NCBI GenBank assembly: GCA_036149055.1
Contig: JAYZQJ010000279.1
Coordinates: 32,638-96,637 of the forward strand
Direction of reading: 5' to 3'
Length of the DNA: 64,000 bases
DNA from: Myxococcota bacterium
Lineage (GTDB): Bacteria; Myxococcota_A; Polyangia; Polyangiales; Sandaracinaceae
Below, piece by piece: positions 40,265 to 50,793 of this stretch; within the stretch, counting starts at the first letter, position 1; each line of letters starts with the position of its first letter. The notes beneath the pieces were generated by a model that was not told the origin of the DNA, made no database searches, and was given only the letters and a program-made list of their open reading frames with translations. A program made the translations under genes and the position numbers.

Positions 40265-41680
40265 ATGAGCGACCGACCCTTCGCCGCCCTCGTCCTCGCC
40301 GCCGGTCAGGGCACCCGCATGAAGAGCCAGCTGCCGAAGGTGCTGCACGAGGTCGCCGGGCGCCCGATGGTGTGCTGGCCGGTGCAGGCCGCGTTCGACG
40401 CCGGCGCCGAGCAGGTCGTCGTCATCGTCGGCCACGGCGCCGAGGCGGTGGAGGAGGCGCTCCGCGCCGACTTCGGGGACCGGGTGAAGACCGCGCTCCA
40501 GGCGGAGCAGCGAGGCACCGGGCACGCGGCGCGCTGCGGCATGCCCGCCCTCGAGGGCTTCGACGGCGACGTCGTCATCCTCTACGGCGACGTGCCGCTC
40601 ATCGAGCCGGAGGCCGTCCGCGCCCTGACCGCGGCGCGCCAGGACGGCCCGCTGTCGCTCCTGACCTGCCGGGCCCCCGACCCCACCGGGTACGGCCGGA
40701 TCCTCCGCGACGGCGACGCGGTGGTGGGCATCCGCGAGCACAAGGACGCCTCCGAGGCCGAGCGCGCCATCGACGAGATCAACCCGGGCCTCTACGCGGC
40801 CGAGATCGGCTTCCTCCGCGAGGCGCTCGACGGGCTCTCCGACGACAACGCGCAGGGCGAGCTCTACCTGACCGACGTCGTCGCGGCCGCGGCGGCGATG
40901 GGCGGCGCGAGGGGCGTGGAGTGGCCGCTCGCGAGCCTGCAGGGGGTCAACGATCGCGCGCAGCTCGCCGAGGTGACCGCGGTGATGCGCCGCCGGATCG
41001 CGACCCGCCACGCGAAGAACGGGGTGACCATTCGCGACCTGTCCCGGGTCGACATCGACCACGGCGTGACCCTCGCGCCCGACGTCGTGCTCGAGCCGAA
41101 CGTGGTGCTGCGCGGCGACACCCACGTGGGCGAGGGCGCGCGGCTCGACGTGGGCTGCGTGCTCACGAACGTCACCGTCGACGCGGGCGCCTACCTCAAG
41201 CCCTACAGCGTCGCGACCGACAGCAAGGTCGGCGAGGGCGCGCAGGTCGGCCCGTTCTCGCACCTCCGCCCCGGCTCGGACCTCGGCCCGGAGGCGCACG
41301 TCGGCAACTTCGTCGAGACCAAGAAGACCAAGCTCGGCCGCGGCGCGAAGGCCAACCACCTCGCCTACCTCGGCGACGGCATCGTCGAGGATCGGGTGAA
41401 CATCGGCGCCGGCACCATCTTCTGCAACTACGACGGCTTCCAGAAGCACGTGACCCACCTCGAGGAGGGCTGCTTCATCGGCTCGGACAGCCAGCTCGTG
41501 GCGCCGATCCGCGTCGGCAAGGGCGCGTACGTGGCCACCGGGACGACCGTCACCAAGAACGTGCCCGCCGACGCGCTCGCGGTCGGCCGCACCCGGCAGG
41601 AGAACAAGGAGGGCTACGCGTCGCGCCTGCGCGCCCGCCTCGAGGCCAAGGCGAAGGCGGCCAAGGCCGCGAAGGAGTAG
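40265..41680 (+). CDS. glmU: Bifunctional UDP-GlcNAc pyrophosphorylase / GlcN-1-P acetyltransferase
   Basis: LAAGQGTRMKS..PKVLH, EQRGTGHA, NAQGELYLTD, GNFVETK, CNYDG, hexapeptide repeats. Confidence 0.97.
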   Translation: MSDRPFAALVLAAGQGTRMKSQLPKVLHEVAGRPMVCWPVQAAFDAGAEQVVVIVGHGAEAVEEALRADFGDRVKTALQAEQRGTGHAARCGMPALEGFDGDVVILYGDVPLIEPEAVRALTAARQDGPLSLLTCRAPDPTGYGRILRDGDAVVGIREHKDASEAERAIDEINPGLYAAEIGFLREALDGLSDDNAQGELYLTDVVAAAAAMGGARGVEWPLASLQGVNDRAQLAEVTAVMRRRIATRHAKNGVTIRDLSRVDIDHGVTLAPDVVLEPNVVLRGDTHVGEGARLDVGCVLTNVTVDAGAYLKPYSVATDSKVGEGAQVGPFSHLRPGSDLGPEAHVGNFVETKKTKLGRGAKANHLAYLGDGIVEDRVNIGAGTIFCNYDGFQKHVTHLEEGCFIGSDSQLVAPIRVGKGAYVATGTTVTKNVPADALAVGRTRQENKEGYASRLRARLEAKAKAAKAAKE

Positions 41681-41683
41681 CCG

Positions 41684-42211
41684 TTAGCGGCGCTTCTTGG
41701 GGCCGACCAGGGTGCGCAGGGTGGCCACCGCCACCTGCTCGCCCTTCCGGTTGGTCAGCGAGACCTCGATCGCGTGCTCGGACTTCTCGTTCGAGTCGAA
41801 GAGCGGGCAGGTCGCCGCGCCGGTGATCGTGCCGCGCGCCTTCTTCAGGTAGCTGATGTCCATGCCGGCCACGATGAAGCGGGCGTCGTCCGGCAGGGTG
41901 TAGGCCACCGCGACGTTCCCGGTCAGCTCGGCCAGGTTGGCGAGCGCGACGGCGTGCACGCAGTCGAGGTGGTTGCGCACCTTGCGGCGGTCGGCGAGCT
42001 CCACCCGCGCGCGGCCCGGGCCGAGGTCGACCACCTTGGCGCCCATCGAGCCGGTGTAGGGCGCGGCCATGCCGACGAGGCGGGAGAAGATCGCCTTGCC
42101 GCCCGGCACCTTCGCGAGGCGGTCCCAGCTGTCGCGGATGAAGTTGCCCTGCTTCTCGACGTTGGGCAGGACGCTCCCGAAGGCGCTGGTGACGTTGGCG
42201 GCGAGGCTCAT
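41684..42211 (-). CDS. Hotdog-fold thioesterase (DUF4442/PaaI-like)
   Basis: APYTGS, RNHL.CVHA.AL, YLKKARG. Confidence 0.8.
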   Translation of the reverse strand: MSLAANVTSAFGSVLPNVEKQGNFIRDSWDRLAKVPGGKAIFSRLVGMAAPYTGSMGAKVVDLGPGRARVELADRRKVRNHLDCVHAVALANLAELTGNVAVAYTLPDDARFIVAGMDISYLKKARGTITGAATCPLFDSNEKSEHAIEVSLTNRKGEQVAVATLRTLVGPKKRR

Positions 42212-42255
42212 GCCCGGATGTTGCGTCGAGGCGGGGGAGGCGGCAAGCCTGGTCG

Positions 42256-43116
42256 GTGGAGTGGAAACATCTCATCGACCCCGAGCTCCGTCGCAACCTG
42301 CTCGCCACCGGGACCCTGTTCTTCGCTCTGATCCTCGCGCGCTACGCAGTGCTCCGAGGCATCCGGAACATGAAGATGTCCTCGGACGCGATGCGTCGTC
42401 GGTGGACGGCGAGCGTGCGCAACCTGGTGCTGAGCGCGCTCGGGCTCGGGCTGATGGTGATCTGGGCGTCCCAGCTCCAGGCGTTCGCGGTCAGCGTCGT
42501 GGCGATCGCCGCCGCGATCGTCCTGGCGACCAAGGAGCTGATCATGTGCGTCAGCGGCTCGATCCTCCGGGCGACCAGCGGCTCGTTCGCGATCGGCGAT
42601 CGGGTGGAGATGGGCGGCTTCCGCGGCGACGTGATCGACAGCACCCTGCTCGCGACCACCCTGCTCGAGGTCGGCCCCGGTCACCAGCGCACCGGCCGCG
42701 CGGTCGTGATCCCGAACAGCGTGATGCTGAGCGGCGGGGTGACGAACGAGACCTTCATGGATCGCTACGTCGTGCACGTCATGACCGTGCCGGTGAAGGA
42801 GTCCGACGACTGGAACGAAGCCGAGCGTACCCTGCTCGAGGTCGCCACCGAGGCCTGCGCCGACTTCGTCGAGCCGGCTCGCTCTTTCATGGACCGGCAG
42901 AGCGACAAGCATTCGCTCCCCAAGTTCTCGGTCGAACCGCGCGTGCTCATGTCGATTCCGCGCGCGGGCGAAGTGGAGCTCGTGCTGCGCGTCCCGACCC
43001 CGGTGCGCGAGCGTGGCCGCACCGAGCAGCGCATCCTGCGGACCTTCCTCGAGCGCCGGCGCGGCGACGCCGCCGTCGTCCCGCCCCGCGAGGACGCGGA
43101 CACCAGCCTGTTCTAG
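42256..43116 (+). CDS. MscS-family mechanosensitive channel
   Basis: 3 TMs, ATKELI, F.IGDRVE, G.VID, IPNS. Confidence 0.88.
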   Translation: MEWKHLIDPELRRNLLATGTLFFALILARYAVLRGIRNMKMSSDAMRRRWTASVRNLVLSALGLGLMVIWASQLQAFAVSVVAIAAAIVLATKELIMCVSGSILRATSGSFAIGDRVEMGGFRGDVIDSTLLATTLLEVGPGHQRTGRAVVIPNSVMLSGGVTNETFMDRYVVHVMTVPVKESDDWNEAERTLLEVATEACADFVEPARSFMDRQSDKHSLPKFSVEPRVLMSIPRAGEVELVLRVPTPVRERGRTEQRILRTFLERRRGDAAVVPPREDADTSLF

Positions 43117-43162
43117 CGCCCAGCTTCCGGGGGCACGGGCACAGGCCGCCTTCAGCGGCCTG

Positions 43163-44863
43163 TCAGCGCGCGACGGCCGCCGAGACCTCGCGGCTGCCCG
43201 GGCTTCGGACGACGAGCTCGTAGTCGCCGACCGGGAGGTCCGGGGGCACGCCGAAGACGCCGCGGTAGCGGCCGTTGGCGTCGGTCACGGTCACCCCGAG
43301 CAGCCACTCCGCCTCCCCGCGGGGCGCGCGCAGCAGCGCCTCGACCCGGAGCCCCGGCACGGCCCCGCCGCCCGCGCGCGCGCCGCCGGTGACCTCGAGC
43401 TCGCGGCCGCGGAAGACCTCGAACGCACGCCGATCGACGGTGAGCGCGAGCGGTCGCCGGCTGGCGCTCTCGGCGGCCGCGCCCTGCGTCGGGGTGGCGG
43501 TCGGGGCGGTGGCCGTGGCTTCGCCCCCCTCGCCGGCCTCCCCCGCCGCGCCCGCCGCGCCGCCGCCCTCCGCGCCGCTGGTGGCCTCGCCGCTCGCGCC
43601 GCCCGCGCCGGCCTCTTCGGGGTCGGGAGCCCGCAGGCCGCTCATGCGCGCCGCCTCCTCGTACGCCGCCTCGTACTCCTCGGGGCGCGGGAGCGGATCG
43701 GTGACGTCGGGCCGGTGCACCGGGCGGTCCTCGGCCCCCCGCGCCTCGAGCCCGGTCGCCGCGCCCCCGAGGTCCACCCGGAGCCAGCCCGCGGTCCCCG
43801 GCAGCTCGACCTCGGCCCAGGCGTGGGCCTCGTTCTGCACGAAGCGGGCGTGCATGCCGAGCCCGATCGCGGTGATGACGAAGCCGTAGGCGCGGTGGCG
43901 GCAGATGCCGCGCTGGCCGCGCGAGAGATCGAGATAGATGTTGCCGGTGTCGGCCGGCGGCTCGCGGGACTCCTCGAAGCTGCGGAAGTGCGCCGTCAGC
44001 TCCACGAGCGCGTCCCGGAACTCGCTGTCGCGCGAGAGGCCGAGCTCCGACGCGAAGATGTCCGCGTCCCGCTGCACCGAGGCCGGGAGCGGCGGCATGC
44101 GCCCCGCGTGCGCGTCGACCGGCCCGTCCGGGATCGGCTGCCCGAAGTAGGTCCGGGGCGCGTCGGTCAGGAAGACGACCCGCACGTAGCGCGGCGCCTC
44201 GCCCTCGACCGTCGCGTAGAAGTTGTCGGCCGAGTCCTTGGAGAAGCGCAGCTCGACCGCGGGCTCGGCGTCCACCGTGAGCAGCCGGGCGTCCGGCGCG
44301 ACCGAGGGGAAAGGCACCGTGCGCCCCTCCGAGAAGTCGAGCACGACGTTGCCCCAGAACTGATCGCGGGGGCGCGGGTCCGGGGGCGTGGCGTGCACGC
44401 CGACCACCTCGATCGCGGCGCCGCGCCGGTCCGCGCCGCCGAGGATCGGCGTGCCCCGCGACAGGGTGACGGCGTCGAGCGCGGTCACCCGCTTGAAGGG
44501 CGCGATGGTGGGCGTGAAGACCGTGTAGTAGCCGACGGTCCCGTTGAGCTCGGTGGTCCGGTCCGGCCGGAAGCTCTCGGAGCGGCGGCCGGCCTCCTCG
44601 CTGCGCACCGAGTCGCCGGGCTCCGCCACCATCGGCGCCTCCTCGGCCCGGTTCAGCGCGCCGCCCTCGGGCTGAGGCAGCACCTCGCCCTGGGAGATGA
44701 TCGCGTCCGGGGTCGCGCCGCCGCTCGAGATCACGAGCGCGCCCTCGTTGGCCGAGAGGTCGGGCACGAACTCGTGCAGGAGCGGCCCGTCGGCCAGCGC
44801 GAGCGCCGCCGCCGAGAGCAGCCCCGCGAGCGCGAGGGCGATCATCGTGGCGCGGCGACGCAT
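43163..44863 (-). CDS. Secreted transglutaminase-like protein
   Basis: Signal peptide; Cys-His-Asp triad in GICRHRA, HAWAEV and WLRVD. Confidence 0.8.
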   Translation of the reverse strand: MRRRATMIALALAGLLSAAALALADGPLLHEFVPDLSANEGALVISSGGATPDAIISQGEVLPQPEGGALNRAEEAPMVAEPGDSVRSEEAGRRSESFRPDRTTELNGTVGYYTVFTPTIAPFKRVTALDAVTLSRGTPILGGADRRGAAIEVVGVHATPPDPRPRDQFWGNVVLDFSEGRTVPFPSVAPDARLLTVDAEPAVELRFSKDSADNFYATVEGEAPRYVRVVFLTDAPRTYFGQPIPDGPVDAHAGRMPPLPASVQRDADIFASELGLSRDSEFRDALVELTAHFRSFEESREPPADTGNIYLDLSRGQRGICRHRAYGFVITAIGLGMHARFVQNEAHAWAEVELPGTAGWLRVDLGGAATGLEARGAEDRPVHRPDVTDPLPRPEEYEAAYEEAARMSGLRAPDPEEAGAGGASGEATSGAEGGGAAGAAGEAGEGGEATATAPTATPTQGAAAESASRRPLALTVDRRAFEVFRGRELEVTGGARAGGGAVPGLRVEALLRAPRGEAEWLLGVTVTDANGRYRGVFGVPPDLPVGDYELVVRSPGSREVSAAVAR

Positions 44864-44949
44864 CCGTCGGAGTCTAAGGACGGCCCGCGCCCGGGTCGAC
44901 CGTAGCCGACGGCGCGCGTTCTGGTTATGGTTCCGGCGGGCCGAAGACC

Positions 44950-46053
44950 ATGGATTTCCTGGACACGCCGCTCAGCGTCGCGATCGCCATCCTCGGCATC
45001 TCGTTCCTCGTGATCGTGCACGAGTCGGGGCACTACCTCGCGGCGCGCGCGTTCGGGATGCGCGTCCTGAAGTACAGCATCGGCCTCGGCCCGGCGCTCT
45101 GGAAGTACAAGCCGAAGGACAGCCCGACCACCTACCAGGTCTGCGCGCTGCCCCTGCTCGCCTACGTGCAGATCGACGGCATGAACCCGGTCGAGCCCAT
45201 CGACCCGGACGACGACGAGGCCTACGCCAACAAGGGCGTCTTCGCGCGCATCGTGACCATCTTCGCCGGCCCCCTCGCCAACTACATGGCGGCCGCGCTG
45301 ATCGCCTTCGGCCTGCACCTCGTGGGCGGCTGGCCGCAGTTCCACACCCAGACCGAGGTGTGGTTCCCGGTGAAGGGCTCGGCCGCGTTCGAGGCGCAGC
45401 CGGTCGACGCCGAGGCCGCGGGCGACACCAAGGGCATCCGCGCCGGAGACCGCATCGTGGCCGTCGGCGGCGTCGAGGTCGAGGAGGCGAGCGAGCTCAT
45501 CGCCGAGATCAACCGCCACCCCGACGAGGCCACGACCTTCGTCATCGAGCGCGGGGGCGAGCGGCTCGAGTACACGGCGACGCCCCGCGCGGACGAGGAC
45601 GGCCGGGTGCTCATCGGCATCCACATCGCCGCGCGCCGCAGCTACACCTACCACACCACCGATCTGGACGGCGCCACCCGGGCGGCGTGGGTCGAGCCGG
45701 TGACCACGACCGTGCTCTCGCTCGCCTCGATCGCGGCCATGTTCGAGCGCTTCGACGCCGACAACGTGACCAGCGCCGTCGGCATGACGAAGCACCTCGC
45801 CGACTCCATCGAGGCTGGTTGGCAGATGTACATGTGGCTGCTCTTCCAGCTGTCGGTGGCGCTCGGGCTGTTCAACCTCCTGCCCTTCCCCGCCCTCGAC
45901 GGCGGCCGCCTGACCTTCCTCGGCTACGAGGTGATCACGCGGCGCCGGGCCAACGAGAAGGTCGAGGCCGCGATCCACACCGTCGGCATCATCTTCTTGC
46001 TCGGCGTGCTCGTCCTCGTGATGGGCAAAGACATCATGCAGCTCACCAACTAG
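44950..46053 (+). CDS. rseP: RIP metalloprotease RseP (M50) with PDZ domain
   Basis: VHESGH, AGP.AN, GIRAGDRIV, FNLLPFPALDGG. Confidence 0.9.
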   Translation: MDFLDTPLSVAIAILGISFLVIVHESGHYLAARAFGMRVLKYSIGLGPALWKYKPKDSPTTYQVCALPLLAYVQIDGMNPVEPIDPDDDEAYANKGVFARIVTIFAGPLANYMAAALIAFGLHLVGGWPQFHTQTEVWFPVKGSAAFEAQPVDAEAAGDTKGIRAGDRIVAVGGVEVEEASELIAEINRHPDEATTFVIERGGERLEYTATPRADEDGRVLIGIHIAARRSYTYHTTDLDGATRAAWVEPVTTTVLSLASIAAMFERFDADNVTSAVGMTKHLADSIEAGWQMYMWLLFQLSVALGLFNLLPFPALDGGRLTFLGYEVITRRRANEKVEAAIHTVGIIFLLGVLVLVMGKDIMQLTN

Positions 46054-46071
46054 GGGGTACATGCGCGCTCC

Positions 46072-47667
46072 ATGGACGAGCCCGCCCTCCTGATCGCGAG
46101 CGTCGTAGGCGGCGTCGGCCTCTTCCTCCTCGGGATGCGGCTGATGACCGACGGGCTGAAGGTCGCCGCCGGCCGCCTCCTCCGCGATCTCCTCGCCCGC
46201 TGGACGCGCGACCGGCCCCGGGCGCTCCTCGCCGGCGTGCTCATGACGGCGCTGGTGCAGTCGTCGAGCGCGGTCACGGTCGCGGCCATCGGCTTCGTCA
46301 ACGCCGGGCTGCTCGATCTCGGCCGCGCGCTGTGGGTCGTCTTCGGCAGCAACGTCGGCACCACGATGACCGCCTGGCTGGTGGCGCTCACCGGGGTGGA
46401 GGTCGACCTCGAGGCGCTCTCGCTGCCGATGATCGGCGCGGGCATGCTTCTCGGGCTCGGTCACGGCGGCGAGCGGCGGCGCGCGCTGGGCGAGGCGCTG
46501 GCCGGCTTCGGGCTCTTCTTCCTCGGGCTCTCGATCCTGAAGACGACCTTCGACGGGGTCGGCGCCTCGGTGGATCTCGAGGGCTTCGGTGGGCCGCTGT
46601 CCGGGCTGGCGTTCTTCGGCGTCGGCGCGCTGCTCACCGTGATCATGCAGTCGTCGAGCGCCGCCCTCGCCCTGACCCTGACCGCGGCGTCCGGCGGGCT
46701 CATCGACGTGCAGGACGCGGGCGCGATGGTGGTGGGCGCGAACCTCGGCACCACCTCCACCGCCGGCTTCGCCGCGATCGGCGCGACGAGCGCCGCCAAG
46801 CGCACCGCGGTCGGGCACGTCGCCTTCAACCTCCTCGCCGCCGTCGTCGCGCTCGCGCTCCTCCCCTGGCTGCTCGACGCGCTCACGCTGGCCCTCGGCG
46901 ACGGAGCCCCGCTCCCCACCCTGCTCGCGCTCTTCCACACCGCCTTCAACGTCATCGGCGTGCTGCTGATGTGGCCGCTGAGCGATCGACTCCGGCGCTG
47001 GCTCGAGGCGCGCTTCGTGAGCGAGGACGAGCAGAAGGGCGAGCCGCGGCACCTCGACGCCAACGTCCTGAGCGTGCCGGCGCTCGCGCTCGAGGCGGTG
47101 ACCCTGGAGATGGCCCGCGCCGGGCGCCACGCGGGGGAGATCGTCGGCCTCGCGCTCGCCCCGCCCGCGCCCTCGAGGGACGCCGTCGAGCGCCGCGTGG
47201 GCCGCTTCCACCAGCTGATGGACGCGATCGCCGAGGCGACGTCGGCGCTCGACCGCGCCCAGATGTCCGAGCCGACCGCGGCCGCGCTGGCCCAGCTCCT
47301 CCGCACCTCGCGCCACTACCTCACCGCGGTCGAGCAGGCCTCGGCGCTCGTCACCCTGCGCGGGGTGGAGTCCACGCGCGTGGGCCGCTTCGACGGCCCG
47401 CTCGGCGAGGCCCTGCGAGACACCATCGCCCTCTCGAACCCGGAGCGGGAGGGCTTCTCGCTCGCCGCGGCCGAGGAGTCGCTCGGCGTGCTCGAGGAGC
47501 GCTACGAGCGCGAGCGCAAGGCGCTGATCGCCCAGGCCACCGCGGGCACCGCGAAGGCGGGCGCGGCGATGGCCGGCTACCACCTGCTCGCCGAGGCCCG
47601 CCGCGCCGTGCGTCACCTCGTGCGCGCGGCCGAGGACCTCCCTATCGACGACAGAGCGAGACGCTGA
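46072..47667 (+). CDS. Na+/Pi cotransporter family protein
   Basis: Duplicated QSSSA and G(S/A)N.GTT repeats. Confidence 0.9.
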   Translation: MDEPALLIASVVGGVGLFLLGMRLMTDGLKVAAGRLLRDLLARWTRDRPRALLAGVLMTALVQSSSAVTVAAIGFVNAGLLDLGRALWVVFGSNVGTTMTAWLVALTGVEVDLEALSLPMIGAGMLLGLGHGGERRRALGEALAGFGLFFLGLSILKTTFDGVGASVDLEGFGGPLSGLAFFGVGALLTVIMQSSSAALALTLTAASGGLIDVQDAGAMVVGANLGTTSTAGFAAIGATSAAKRTAVGHVAFNLLAAVVALALLPWLLDALTLALGDGAPLPTLLALFHTAFNVIGVLLMWPLSDRLRRWLEARFVSEDEQKGEPRHLDANVLSVPALALEAVTLEMARAGRHAGEIVGLALAPPAPSRDAVERRVGRFHQLMDAIAEATSALDRAQMSEPTAAALAQLLRTSRHYLTAVEQASALVTLRGVESTRVGRFDGPLGEALRDTIALSNPEREGFSLAAAEESLGVLEERYERERKALIAQATAGTAKAGAAMAGYHLLAEARRAVRHLVRAAEDLPIDDRARR

Positions 47668-48886
47668 AGCCGGGGACCCGCTCGCAGCGCATGCCGGTCG
47701 GGCAGAGCGCGTCGTCGGTGCAGAGCCGGGTGCAGAAGCCCGCGGTGTCGCAGAGCGCGGAGTCGCACTGGCGCCCGGTGCTGCAGGCCGAGCCGATCGC
47801 GCCGCTGCCGCCGCGCGAGCAGACGAGCACGATGCTCCCGCCGTCGACGAGCGGCCAGCAGCCGAGGCCGGAGCCGCAGCCGCCCTCCTGGGTGCAGGCC
47901 TGCGTGCACATGGGCCCGGTCGGCGCGGCGGTGTCGCAGGCGGTGCTGCGACAACTGTTGAACCCGCTGACCGGACAGCTCGCGCCGATCGGATCGCCAC
48001 CCATCACGTCGCTCGGCGGGACGCAGATGGGGTTGGTGGAGCCGAAGGCGCGCTCGCAGCGGTAGGGCTCGAGGCCGTCGAGGCGCCGGGGGCAGTCGGC
48101 GGCGGTGCGGCACTCCGACGTGCAGCCCTGGGCCGAGAGGCAGAGGCCGGTCTCGCACTGCTCGGGGCCGCTGCAGCCGTGCTCGATGTCGACGCAGACC
48201 CGCACCCCGCCGGCGTCGGCGCAGGCGAAGCCCGACGGGCAGTCGGCGGCGCTCCCGCAGTCGCGCGTGCAGTGCCCGGTGCCGGTCGTCGAGTTGCCGA
48301 TGCAGAGGCCGAGCGCGCAGCTCGCCGGGCTGCCGGTGGCGCAGCTCGCGCCGGTGTCGTCGTGGATGCAGACCCCGGACGCGCACACGTGCTCGGAGGC
48401 GCAGTCGCGGTGGGTCGTGCAGCTGATGGTGCACATGCGGGTGCCGCCCACGTCGTCGACGCAGAGCCCGGTCGCGCAGTCTCCGCCGCCGGAGCAGCGA
48501 TCGAGGTAGCGCCCGGCGCCGGTGGGCACGCCGGTGTCGCGCACCACGCCGGAGTCCGGGGGCGGCGGTCGGCCCGAGTCGCGCGGCGGGTCGACCACGC
48601 CGGTGTCGCGCGGGGGAGGCGGCGGCCCGCCGTCGGGCAGGGGCGGCACCCCGGTGTCCATCGGCGGCGGCGGCCCACCGTCGAAGCCGACCACGCACTG
48701 CCCGATCGCGTTGCAGCCCTCGCCGGGCGCGCAGTCGGTGTCCACCCGGCAGTCCTGCTCGCAGCGCCCGAAGGCGCAGTAGAAGCGCTCGCCGCACTGG
48801 GAGTTGAAGTCGCACTCCTGACCGGCGCAGCCGGGGAGCGCGAGAGCCAGGGCGAGGCCGGTGAAGCAAAGCGAGAGCAGACGCAC
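47642..48886 (-). CDS. Cys-rich repeat lipoprotein
   Basis: GTG 48886 gives a signal ending LPGC; D(S/T)G.PPPP linker; CT..C....DCP.G..C repeats. Confidence 0.8.
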   Translation of the reverse strand: MRLLSLCFTGLALALALPGCAGQECDFNSQCGERFYCAFGRCEQDCRVDTDCAPGEGCNAIGQCVVGFDGGPPPPMDTGVPPLPDGGPPPPPRDTGVVDPPRDSGRPPPPDSGVVRDTGVPTGAGRYLDRCSGGGDCATGLCVDDVGGTRMCTISCTTHRDCASEHVCASGVCIHDDTGASCATGSPASCALGLCIGNSTTGTGHCTRDCGSAADCPSGFACADAGGVRVCVDIEHGCSGPEQCETGLCLSAQGCTSECRTAADCPRRLDGLEPYRCERAFGSTNPICVPPSDVMGGDPIGASCPVSGFNSCRSTACDTAAPTGPMCTQACTQEGGCGSGLGCWPLVDGGSIVLVCSRGGSGAIGSACSTGRQCDSALCDTAGFCTRLCTDDALCPTGMRCERVPGFSVSLCRR

Positions 48887-48952
48887 GTCGGGTCCGAGTC
48901 TAGTGGGACCGCCCCGCGCTGAAAACCGAGGGCTGCGTGCTAATCGGAGGGC

Positions 48953-49816
48953 ATGCCCTTCGGTGAGACGCCCAAGCCGGTCGAGCGGTCCCTCGAGGCG
49001 AACGGCCTGAAGCACCACGTGCTGAGCTGGAACGACGCCGCCGGCACCACGATCGTCCTGTGCCACGGCTTCCTCGATCAGGCGTGGTCGTTCCAGGGGG
49101 TCGCGGCGCCGCTGGTCGAGGCCGGCTTCCGGGTGGTCGCCTTCAGCTGGCGCGGGCACGGCGAGACCGAGCACGTCGGCCGCGGCGGCTACTACCACTT
49201 CCACGACTACGTGCTCGACCTGCACGCGCTGATGCCGGTGCTCGCCAGCGGCGACGTGCACCTCGTCGGCCACTCGATGGGCGGCACCGCGGTGAGCCTC
49301 TACGCCGCGACCCACCCCGGGGTGGCGGAGACGGTCACGCTCGTGGAGGGGCTCGGCCCGCCCGCGTTCGACGGCGAGGCCCCGGACAAGGCGCGCGCGT
49401 GGCTCGACTCGATGGACCGCTTCTGGCGCCGCGACGAGAAGGTGCTGCCCGACCTCGCCGACGCGGTCCGGCGGCTGCGGCTCGCGAACCCGGCGATGCC
49501 GACCGACCTCGCCTACTTTCTGGCCGAGAAGGGCACCCGGGAGGTCGAGGGCGGGCTCGCCTGGCGCTTCGACCCGCTGCACCGGACGACCTCGCCGAAC
49601 CCCTTCGACGCGGCGATCTTCGGTCAGTTCCTCGGGCGCATCACCGCGCCGACGCTGGTGGTGAGCGGCGCCCGCGGCTTCCGCACCACGGACCACGAGG
49701 CGCGGATCGCCGCGCTGCCCGACGCCAGGGAGATCGTGATCGACGACGTCGGCCACATGATCCACTGGCTCGCCCCCGACGCGTTGGCCGAGGCGATCCT
49801 CTCTCACGTCGGGTGA
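48953..49816 (+). CDS. Alpha/beta hydrolase
   Basis: HGF, RGHG, GHSMGG, terminal GH. Confidence 0.9.
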   Translation: MPFGETPKPVERSLEANGLKHHVLSWNDAAGTTIVLCHGFLDQAWSFQGVAAPLVEAGFRVVAFSWRGHGETEHVGRGGYYHFHDYVLDLHALMPVLASGDVHLVGHSMGGTAVSLYAATHPGVAETVTLVEGLGPPAFDGEAPDKARAWLDSMDRFWRRDEKVLPDLADAVRRLRLANPAMPTDLAYFLAEKGTREVEGGLAWRFDPLHRTTSPNPFDAAIFGQFLGRITAPTLVVSGARGFRTTDHEARIAALPDAREIVIDDVGHMIHWLAPDALAEAILSHVG

Positions 49817-49852
49817 CTTGATGTAGGCTCGCCAGAGTCGGGAGGACGACGC

Positions 49853-50752
49853 ATGCGACTTCGCAGCTTGACTTGGATCGGCGCGCTGGCCCTGGCCCTC
49901 GGGGCCTCGGTGGCGCAGGCACAGGACGACGACGACCCCACCGCGCTCGGCTCCCCGACGACGGTGGAGGAGGAGGACGAGGCGCCGCCTCGGCTCGGCG
50001 ACGAGCAGGCGGACACGGAGGAGGCGGCGCCGACCGAGGTCGTGCGCGACTCCACCGATCCCTTCGAGGCGGCCGACACCGACTACTTCTTCATCGGCGG
50101 CTTCTACCGCCACGTGATCATCCCGGGCTTCATCCAGGAGCTCTTCGTCGAGGGCGGCATCGACGGCTCCAACCCGGGCGCCGGCCTGACGTTCAACTAC
50201 CGCCGCAACAACTTCAACATCGTCGCCAACGCCTGGTGGAACAACGCGTCCGGCCAGGGCTTCTTCCGCGCCAGCGGCGACCCGCCCAACGAGACCGAGT
50301 TCATCGACGTTCAGCTCGGCGTGGTGTTCTTCACCGCCGAGTTCCTCTGGAGCTTCCCGATCACCGACTGGCTCGCCTTCGAGCTCGGCTTCGACCTCGG
50401 CTTCGGCTTCATCTACGGCGATCTTCGAAGGACTGAGGCCTACGAAACGACTCGCGGCTCAGGAGAGTACCGAGTCTGCGACGATGTGAACGATCCGGAC
50501 GCCCCCGCTGGGTATTGCGACGGCCCGCGCCTGCCGCCCTCGACATGCTTTCGCGAGAGTGGTGGTCACTACGATTGCAACGAGCCGAACTGGTTCACCG
50601 ACGGCGGCGACACCCCGTTCCTGTTCCCGTGGGTCTCGCTCCCGCACATCGCGGTCCGCATCAAGCCCATCAAGCAGATCCAGATCCGCATCGACGGCGG
50701 CTACGGCCTCTACAGCTTCTTCTTCGGCGGCTCGCTGTCCTACGGGTTCTGA
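49853..50752 (+). CDS. Outer-membrane beta-barrel protein
   Basis: GGAGG RBS, signal peptide, aromatic amphipathic strands, C-terminal ...LSYGF. Confidence 0.75.
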   Translation: MRLRSLTWIGALALALGASVAQAQDDDDPTALGSPTTVEEEDEAPPRLGDEQADTEEAAPTEVVRDSTDPFEAADTDYFFIGGFYRHVIIPGFIQELFVEGGIDGSNPGAGLTFNYRRNNFNIVANAWWNNASGQGFFRASGDPPNETEFIDVQLGVVFFTAEFLWSFPITDWLAFELGFDLGFGFIYGDLRRTEAYETTRGSGEYRVCDDVNDPDAPAGYCDGPRLPPSTCFRESGGHYDCNEPNWFTDGGDTPFLFPWVSLPHIAVRIKPIKQIQIRIDGGYGLYSFFFGGSLSYGF

Positions 50753-50793
50753 GGGACGTTGACCCTTCGATGGGGGCGTGGAACAACGGCGGC

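Noticed and set aside
44697..48065. Very long alternative ORFs (1122 aa +, 1052 aa -) and similar Arg/Pro/Ala-rich ORFs window-wide
   Set aside because: Shadow frames of real high-GC3 genes (rseP, Na/Pi cotransporter etc.) with no motifs.
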